From a virus, in IMG/VR virus record IMGVR_UViG_3300037245_000888, positions 32,001-96,000 of that record: a DNA stretch of 64,000 nt; one strand, 5' to 3'. How positions within the stretch are numbered: the stretch's first letter is position 1; every line of letters starts with the position of its first letter. Made by a program: the position numbers and the translations under genes. Below the pieces are notes generated by a model. It saw only the letters and a program-made list of their open reading frames with translations, ran no database searches and was not told the DNA's origin. Of this stretch, positions 57,392-64,000 are shown one piece after another.

Positions 57392-58345
57392 TTAACCTAA
57401 CGCTGAAACAAGTTCAATAGGTATCGTATATTCTAATAAAGTAGATTGATCAATTGCAACCAATTCACCAGCAAAGTAATATCCATCTGATTTAATTTCT
57501 ATACTATTATCTGTTTCTGATACTATTGTATATTCTGATGCACTGATATTATCTATTCTAAAATCGAATAATGTAAATGGATCAATTACATCATTTATAT
57601 AATTATAAACTTCAACACTTTGACTATCTTCAATTGCAATTCTTAAGCTATCCTTAGTAAAGAATATACCATTTTTACCTGTGTCTGGAATATTGGTATT
57701 GTCCATATCGTTGAATGCTATATTTGTAATGAAGTCATCACCAGCAACTTCTTGAGTGGCCTCTAATGTTAATTTGAATACTCCAGTAATTGTGAAGTTG
57801 TCATAAGCTGTAATCTTATATGGTTCCAAGTGATTCAATATAAACCTCTGATTTTTAAATATCTTATTTGAGCTTGGATTTACCTGAACCCACAGTTGTT
57901 TCTTAGTATCAGAAAATGGAACTGCATGATTACTATCTTGTGATCCCATACCAGTATTTGTGATGTGATAGAATAGCTCATGTACTTCATTATTGCTATC
58001 CTTGAATGATATACTTTGTTCAGCTCTCTTCATTTTACCAAAAGCTTGAATAGTTGAATGAACATCTTTCTCATGGACTAAATATTTAAATCCATCATCT
58101 GTATATTCTATAATGTCACCTTTTTGTAATTCATAATCAGGATGACAAACATACTTCTTCTCACTATCCGACTTAGTAGAAAATATATGAATAGGGAAAG
58201 AATCTAAAAATTCTATGCCTTCTCTTGTTACTTTGTATTCACCATAAGCATCTGATCTATCAAAATTTCTAATATCGAGATCTTTATTCGTCTGAACAAA
58301 TCTAGCTTTATATCCGCCTGTTCCTACTTGGTCATAAATAGACAT
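57392..58345 (-). CDS. Putative head closure protein
   Basis: Synteny; LQKGDIIEY...YLV and QRFIL motifs. Confidence 0.5.
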   Translation of the reverse strand: MSIYDQVGTGGYKARFVQTNKDLDIRNFDRSDAYGEYKVTREGIEFLDSFPIHIFSTKSDSEKKYVCHPDYELQKGDIIEYTDDGFKYLVHEKDVHSTIQAFGKMKRAEQSISFKDSNNEVHELFYHITNTGMGSQDSNHAVPFSDTKKQLWVQVNPSSNKIFKNQRFILNHLEPYKITAYDNFTITGVFKLTLEATQEVAGDDFITNIAFNDMDNTNIPDTGKNGIFFTKDSLRIAIEDSQSVEVYNYINDVIDPFTLFDFRIDNISASEYTIVSETDNSIEIKSDGYYFAGELVAIDQSTLLEYTIPIELVSALG

Positions 58346-58368
58346 TCATATATTCCCTCCTTTATCGA

Positions 58369-58409
58369 TTATTTTTTAGTTGTTTTAGTTATTTTTTAGT
58401 TGTTTTTAG
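58369..58409. repeat. 20-nt tandem duplication
   Basis: TTATTTTTTAGTTGTTTT(T)AG present twice. Confidence 0.7.
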
Positions 58410-58413
58410 CTAT

Positions 58414-58719
58414 TTAATTGTTCTTAGCTATTTTGTCTAGGATACCGATACATTCATGTAGTATACTTTTTCTTACAGTAAAATCACTTACCGATTCGAT
58501 ACCTTTTAAGTTAAGTATAACATCTGAAAGTTGATTGCTATAATTTATATAGATTTCTGACTCATCACATAATACACTTAATCCAACAACCTTTGCATTT
58601 ATTTTCTGTATAAATCTTCCTACATTATCTTTCTCTTCATCTGTGTTCGCAATTCTTGATAAGTCCATCAATGTAAATAACTTTCCATTTAATGAGCTTG
58701 CTGTTTCACTTATGTTCAT
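58414..58719 (-). CDS. Hypothetical virion-region protein
   Basis: GGAGG RBS; TAATG overlap with the upstream gene. Confidence 0.6.
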   Translation of the reverse strand: MNISETASSLNGKLFTLMDLSRIANTDEEKDNVGRFIQKINAKVVGLSVLCDESEIYINYSNQLSDVILNLKGIESVSDFTVRKSILHECIGILDKIAKNN

Positions 58720-59144
58720 TAGCCAAGCCCTCCTATTATATTCAATACGGAGTCTTTAGCGGCTATTAGTCCAGCTTGTTTCTCTGAATATTCAGCTACA
58801 TCCTTGATTGCCTTCATTTTATTTGCAGAAGAAAACGCATTGTATTCTAATGTTGCAAAGTTTAATTCAAACAAATCTTGATTATTCATATAAGGTTCAG
58901 CCCATGACTGAGCCATATAATATGCTAATACTTGCTGATTGTTTTCTGACAAATCATTATTGAAAATTAAAGCTCCATCATTCCTATCTGATAATACTAC
59001 TCCACAACCAATATACTTTGTGATAGCATTTTGTAATAGTTCTAATTCAACTGTAGCTTTCCCAGAAGGAGACAAGTCAGCTAAGTCAAAGTCTGTAATT
59101 GTTTTTCTAAATCTTACATAAATTAATTCATAACTAGTGCTCAT
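58719..59144 (-). CDS. Head-tail adaptor protein
   Basis: T.Y..IY..F...ITD, FNNDLSE....LA..M...W, FSSAN pattern typical of SPbeta-like connectors. Confidence 0.6.
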   Translation of the reverse strand: MSTSYELIYVRFRKTITDFDLADLSPSGKATVELELLQNAITKYIGCGVVLSDRNDGALIFNNDLSENNQQVLAYYMAQSWAEPYMNNQDLFELNFATLEYNAFSSANKMKAIKDVAEYSEKQAGLIAAKDSVLNIIGGLG

Positions 59145-59162
59145 TACTTTCTCCTATTCTGA

Positions 59163-59942
59163 TTATTGATCTTTTGATACTCTTTCCATATCAATATCCA
59201 ACTCTAATTTTTCAGAGACAGCTTTAACTTTAAAGTAGTCAATAGACTCTTTTCTCTGAATTTTATCAATTAATATTTGTCCGACAATATTCTTAACTTC
59301 TTTACTCGCATTGTCTACAAAGTTAATTACAGTTTTAAGTGGTGCATCCAAAATCTTAATGATATCTTCAATCTTACCAAATCCATCATAAGTTTTTTGT
59401 AGTCCTAGTTCTTTAATTACTTCTTCATCTAATATATACAACATAGATTTAAAGCAATCTTTTTTATTGGCTCTTAACCACGACAACGTACCAAATCTAA
59501 TTGACTGCACATCACCAAGTTTTTCAAAATGAGTATTATCAAAAGGTTTATTTGGATTTTTAGCATCTGTTCCACCTGTAGCAATACTAATAACAGGAAC
59601 CATATCTTCATCATCAAAAACTCTTACTTTATTTTTAGTAACTCCAAGCTGCTTTGCCGTCTTAACAGCAGAACCCAATTCTTCTTCTAGAGTTTTATTT
59701 TCTTCTTTATTTTTTAACAGTTCTTCAGCTTCTAATTCAAGTCTAAGCTTTTCTTTTAAGTCAGCTTCAGCTTTCATTTCAGCTCTAATTTCTTTTTTAA
59801 GTTTTTCTTTTTCATCAGCCTCTAACTTGAGTTTTGCTGCTTTTTTATCAGCCTTAACTTTAGCTTTAGCTTCTTTGGTTTCTTTGGCTTCTCTAACTTT
59901 AATTTCTTCTTCTGTTTCTTCTTTTACTAATTGATCAGTCAT
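59163..59942 (-). CDS. Hypothetical head-associated protein (charged coiled-coil N-terminus)
   Basis: GAGGAG RBS; synteny after the capsid gene. Confidence 0.6.
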   Translation of the reverse strand: MTDQLVKEETEEEIKVREAKETKEAKAKVKADKKAAKLKLEADEKEKLKKEIRAEMKAEADLKEKLRLELEAEELLKNKEENKTLEEELGSAVKTAKQLGVTKNKVRVFDDEDMVPVISIATGGTDAKNPNKPFDNTHFEKLGDVQSIRFGTLSWLRANKKDCFKSMLYILDEEVIKELGLQKTYDGFGKIEDIIKILDAPLKTVINFVDNASKEVKNIVGQILIDKIQRKESIDYFKVKAVSEKLELDIDMERVSKDQ

Positions 59943-60007
59943 TATTAATTTCTCCTCTTATAATCATTTTAATATCGATTACCAATATATCGTATTTGTT
60001 TGCAGCC

Positions 60008-60883
60008 CTAAACTAGAGAGCTAAAACATTCTGTGTATCCATGAAAATGTAATTTTGGCTCATATGAGTGTTTATTCTCTTCGTGCATTTTATTTTCTAA
60101 ATATACTGCATCATATAAATTTGTGTAAATTACATCTATTATCCTGTATCTATATGGCATAGCATTTCCTCTGAATCTCCTTTCTATAGACGTAGTTGTT
60201 AGACCTATTTTATAGAAATTTTCATCATCATTCCAACATTGTATTGTATATACCTTTGCAGGTTTTTCTAACCATATTTCTTTATTTCTTTCAGCAGTTT
60301 TGATGTTATATGCACCTTCATGAGATTCTCTCGAACATTTTAAACAGCCTCCGCTCTCTATATGATTGAGTGGTTCTTGCACAAATTCACCGTGAATTGG
60401 ACAGATGATAATTACTTTATCTATATTGTTTTTATATTTTACTTTTGTATAGTCATATTTTTCACCATGAACTTCTTTAGCCATACTAACCCAATATTCA
60501 GTTTTATTTATTGCTGATAAAATATGGAATTTACTGCCATTAAGTAAATTACTTGGAATTACCTTACAGTATCCATGCTTTGTTCCAACAATAACTTTTG
60601 TATAGTTGTTAACATATTTAACCTTGCTATAATCTAAATTCAGATCTCCGTGCACTTCTTTAACCATGTTAATCCAGTACTCCGTTTTATTGATTGAGTT
60701 TCTTATTGTAGGACTCACGCCTGACAGTAAGCTATCTGGTCTAATTTTGCAATACCCATATTTATTCCCTATAATTATTTTAGTATCACAGTTAATGTAT
60801 TTTACTTGGTTATAGTTTAAGTCTGAGTTTTTATGGATGATTTTAGCTTCTTCGATAAATTGTTCTTGTGTTTTACGTCTCAT
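60008..60883 (-). CDS. Free-standing GIY-YIG-like homing endonuclease with DUF723-like repeats
   Basis: Three KT.....AKEVHG..YDY.KVKY.N...KV.I repeats, CPIHG..GCLKC, VYTIQC..FYKIGLT..RRF..GYTECF. ATG 60883 follows a GAGGA RBS. Confidence 0.75.
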   Translation of the reverse strand: MRRKTQEQFIEEAKIIHKNSDLNYNQVKYINCDTKIIIGNKYGYCKIRPDSLLSGVSPTIRNSINKTEYWINMVKEVHGDLNLDYSKVKYVNNYTKVIVGTKHGYCKVIPSNLLNGSKFHILSAINKTEYWVSMAKEVHGEKYDYTKVKYKNNIDKVIIICPIHGEFVQEPLNHIESGGCLKCSRESHEGAYNIKTAERNKEIWLEKPAKVYTIQCWNDDENFYKIGLTTTSIERRFRGNAMPYRYRIIDVIYTNLYDAVYLENKMHEENKHSYEPKLHFHGYTECFSSLV

Positions 60884-60937
60884 TTCCTCTACCTTCCATT
60901 TTAAAATACACATACTTTAATATATTTTAGTAAGTTT

Positions 60938-60978
60938 ATTAATCAACGACATGAGATATACCCATGCCATCGATTAAT
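60938..60978 (-). terminator. Stem-loop after the major capsid gene
   Basis: 18-bp stem with G-U pairs on the - strand (AUUAAUCGAUGGCAUGGG/CUCAUGUCGUUGAUUAAU). Confidence 0.65.
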
Positions 60979-61004
60979 TGTCTTACTATACTATTTAGGT
61001 GTGA

Positions 61005-62012
61005 TTAGACCCACGTGTACTTGCCAAACTTACGTCCCGTTACGATACCAACACCAACTTCTCTATAATACATAAACTCAACAGAGAAATCTGCGTTATC
61101 GCCAATACCCTTATTTGTGATGATTGGAACGCCTTCTTCTACAATCTTAACTAAAGAACCTAAGTCAGCAGGAATAACCATTAATTGCTTATTAGAAAGT
61201 AAGAAAGTGAAAGTATTCTTAACATGCATTTGATCTACAGGAACTAAGTTGTAACCCTCAGCAGTCTTATAGAAACCATTGTTATACATATCTAAGTTAG
61301 CTTGCTCAGTTGCGATAACTGGAGTTAAGTTTTTCAATGCAGATCTTGTTCCGACAATAATAACATCAGAATTCATATTTTCTGCTTGAACGTGCTCAAC
61401 TAATGTGTAAACATTGTCAAGGTCAAAACCACCAGCATCATTAACGTTGAATGTAGCATTTCCGTTAACTGGAGCAACAGCATAGAAAGCTGTCCATGTT
61501 AATTCTTTTACATGCTGAACATAAGAAGCAACAACCTTAGTCATCATTTTAGTCCAGTTTGCTTGTCCTGATAAGAATCTCTTGAAGCTATCAAAGATTT
61601 TAATTCCTTTGGCTTCAGTAGGAATAGTTAAATAACCATTCTCAATTCTTTGTCTTCTGATATTACCATTACCTTTAGCAATAGTACATACATCAAATAA
61701 ATCAGAGTTTTCAATTTCAAATCTAGTTGTTTCATTCCATCCTTGTGTGATAATCTCAGCGAAAGGAAGGTCTGCTGCTAATTGATCAGTTGCTCTAGCA
61801 CCAACAAATGCTTCGATGATTTCAAAGAACATACCTGAATTTGGATTTCTATCAACTTCAAGAATAGATGGATTCTCTTTACCGAAGAACTTTACCATTT
61901 CTACTCTTACTTTTTTTTCTAAGTCCACTTGTGAATACTTTGTAGACTCGCCTTTTGACGCAGCCTCAAGATCAATCATCATATCTTTAATTATTTGCAA
62001 ATTTTCGTTCAT
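61005..62012 (-). CDS. Major capsid protein
   Basis: ~335 aa with FFEIIE, IAKGNGNIRRQRI and IIVGTRSAL motifs. Follows the protease and decoration genes and is followed by a hairpin. GGAGG RBS before ATG 62012. Confidence 0.8.
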   Translation of the reverse strand: MNENLQIIKDMMIDLEAASKGESTKYSQVDLEKKVRVEMVKFFGKENPSILEVDRNPNSGMFFEIIEAFVGARATDQLAADLPFAEIITQGWNETTRFEIENSDLFDVCTIAKGNGNIRRQRIENGYLTIPTEAKGIKIFDSFKRFLSGQANWTKMMTKVVASYVQHVKELTWTAFYAVAPVNGNATFNVNDAGGFDLDNVYTLVEHVQAENMNSDVIIVGTRSALKNLTPVIATEQANLDMYNNGFYKTAEGYNLVPVDQMHVKNTFTFLLSNKQLMVIPADLGSLVKIVEEGVPIITNKGIGDNADFSVEFMYYREVGVGIVTGRKFGKYTWV

Positions 62013-62074
62013 GTTTAAATCCTCCATAAGATAATATTTACTGTTTCCGATTTACTATAATAACTAATTGGCTA

Positions 62075-62557
62075 TTATAAGTATGATCTAACTGCAACTC
62101 TAATTGCTGGGTTTCTTCCAAAGCCAATAACTTGATCTACTTCAATAATTTCAATTACATTTTTAGTTCCAACTTTAGCTACAGTTACAGTAGGTACAGT
62201 TGTTCCGTTTACTGGTGACAAGAATTTACCAACGCCTACAGCTTCAGTATCATCAATATCTTCAATATCAATTAACCATCCATCACCTTGTGTTAAGTGA
62301 TATGCTGGTGTTGGAATATCAGCTAAATTTGTGAATGAAGAAATATTTGTTCCTTCTGCATATTGAGACTCATCAGAGAATACCAATAATACTTCAGCAG
62401 TATCTAATGTTGCTGTTGCTGGCACTGAAACAGTGTAAACATCATCTTTAGCTTTAACACCTAAGTTGACGAAAGCACCGTTCTTCATAGCTGCTGAATG
62501 TTGTACATTGTCAATATTTCCTATTGAAATTGCTTGACTTTTTTCTAAGTTCATCAT
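62075..62557 (-). CDS. Head decoration/cement-like protein
   Basis: NGAFV.LG motif; lies between the protease-scaffold and MCP genes. Confidence 0.55.
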   Translation of the reverse strand: MMNLEKSQAISIGNIDNVQHSAAMKNGAFVNLGVKAKDDVYTVSVPATATLDTAEVLLVFSDESQYAEGTNISSFTNLADIPTPAYHLTQGDGWLIDIEDIDDTEAVGVGKFLSPVNGTTVPTVTVAKVGTKNVIEIIEVDQVIGFGRNPAIRVAVRSYL

Positions 62558-62623
62558 GTTTTGTTCCTCCTGTATAAATAATTATTTGATTACCGATTGG
62601 TGCTATTTAATTTTAAATTTAAC

Positions 62624-64000
62624 CTATTCCATTAAGCTATCATAAGATTTAGCTTCTAAGTTTTTATCATCATCTGTATTAGGAAGATTGTTATCTTTAA
62701 TATCTTCAATCTCAGTGACAGTAAATTTAAGAGCTTTTAATCCTACATCTGTAGCTATTTTTAATTTTAATTCATCAAGAGTATATTTATCTAAAGATTC
62801 GGTGAAAACAGTCTTCTCTTCATCTGTTAAATTTTCTACACTTGTTACAAAATCTGACTTAGCTTTGGTATCTTCAGTCTCCTTAAATGTACGAAGTTGA
62901 GAAAGTTCTTCTTCTAAAGTAGATACTTGTAATTCAAAAGTAACTTTTTGAGTTTCTAATTCAGCTTCATATTTAACTTTAGATTCTTCTTTAGCTTCAT
63001 TAACTTTAGCAGATCCAAATTCAAAAGCAGTTTTAGCTTCTTCTGAAATTGTAAATGTTGCAGATGCTCCACCTTCAAGTTTCTGTGGTTGCCATGCGAT
63101 TTTGAATTTCGAACCTTCATCAATTACAAAATTATCTCCATCTTTAGTGAAAGTAAATCCATAATCCATCCAGTCAGTATAATCCATAACATAAACTTCA
63201 TTCAATTCGAAATTAGCATCTCTGGCATAATATCTCCCATCGTGATACCAACAGTCCATTGCTTCAAGATCTGTAACAGCATTACTTAATAAATCCATTT
63301 GTGCGCCTTGAGTTAACGCAAATTGCACAGCCTGTTCTACATCTAAAACTTTTTCTAAATCTTCTTTAGTTTCATAACTTTCAAGTTTGCTTTTTAATCC
63401 TTCAACAAACTCATCGGAAATTAGTGTGAATTTAGATTGCTTCATCATAGCTTCTAATACTTTAATATCCAACACATTTCCTCCCTTCTCATTTTCATAG
63501 TTTAATTTTTGAGCTTCTTTGTCTGAAGTGTATCTCAAATCCATCTCTTGTAACAATGATTGCAGTTCAAATTTTATACTTGTAAATTGGGTTTTCTCAA
63601 TCTGCCCTCCAGACATAGCTGGGATCTTCGAATCACCAAGAATACATAAAGCTTCAAAATCAGCAGATGTAACCATATACTGATCATTTATCGCATCATA
63701 ATAACCATCAAAAGTTTCTGGCAATAACTCCATTGAGTGACCTTTGGTTACATCTCTATCAATAATTTCTTTCATTTTAGAAAACTTATTAATCAATACT
63801 CCATCTGCGATAAGATATTCTCTACTAACGCCATCTACTTCTATTGTTTCAAATCTTGCATTATTATCTTTTGGAATGAATCCATACATTCTACCTAGAT
63901 ATTCGGTTTTTACACCGTCTTTATCTATGATATATCTTTCTTCATGACCAGCAAAGTCTTCTTCATTATTTTCACCAACTTCAATATATCCAACAATAGG
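62624..64000 (-). CDS. Prohead protease/scaffold protein (5' end lies beyond the window)
   Basis: Frame is open to the window edge (PIVGYIE...DFAGHE). YGFIP, HSMEL, FEALCILG..PAM protease motifs, then a coiled-coil scaffold. Confidence 0.75.
   Translation of the reverse strand, partial: PIVGYIEVGENNEEDFAGHEERYIIDKDGVKTEYLGRMYGFIPKDNNARFETIEVDGVSREYLIADGVLINKFSKMKEIIDRDVTKGHSMELLPETFDGYYDAINDQYMVTSADFEALCILGDSKIPAMSGGQIEKTQFTSIKFELQSLLQEMDLRYTSDKEAQKLNYENEKGGNVLDIKVLEAMMKQSKFTLISDEFVEGLKSKLESYETKEDLEKVLDVEQAVQFALTQGAQMDLLSNAVTDLEAMDCWYHDGRYYARDANFELNEVYVMDYTDWMDYGFTFTKDGDNFVIDEGSKFKIAWQPQKLEGGASATFTISEEAKTAFEFGSAKVNEAKEESKVKYEAELETQKVTFELQVSTLEEELSQLRTFKETEDTKAKSDFVTSVENLTDEEKTVFTESLDKYTLDELKLKIATDVGLKALKFTVTEIEDIKDNNLPNTDDDKNLEAKSYDSLME

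Overview
A 64 kb segment of a large, very AT-rich tailed phage with SPbeta/c-st-like gene order. The host is inferred to be an anaerobic Firmicute, probably clostridial: only the anaerobic NrdD/NrdG reductase is present, with sigmaA-type promoters, strong Shine-Dalgarno sites and an amidase endolysin. The + strand arm (1 to ~33.65 kb) carries small accessory genes, nucleotide metabolism genes (gmk, HAD nucleotidase, nrdDG, dut, thyX), a tyrosine recombinase, NAD-dependent ligase and a near-complete replisome (SSB-like protein, Sak4-like ATPase, DnaB, primase, PD-(D/E)XK nuclease, DnaE, RecD2, UvrD-like helicase). The - strand arm (64 kb down to 33.8 kb) carries head, connector, tail, tape measure, baseplate/fibre and lysis genes, two free-standing GIY-YIG-type endonucleases and a post-lysis fibre/depolymerase module. 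The arms converge at a (GATT)10 microsatellite and a hairpin. The main discovery is an agr-like peptide signalling cassette translationally coupled inside the lysis operon, between an XhlA-like membrane protein and the endolysin. It consists of a kinase-less AgrC-type multi-TM protein, a 33-aa AgrD-like propeptide absent from the ORF track (predicted thiolactone ring CFWIV) and a minimal AgrB with the R-x6-H-x6-C catalytic motif. This suggests peptide- or density-dependent control of lysis. All product calls come from motif recognition and synteny only; no database searches were run.
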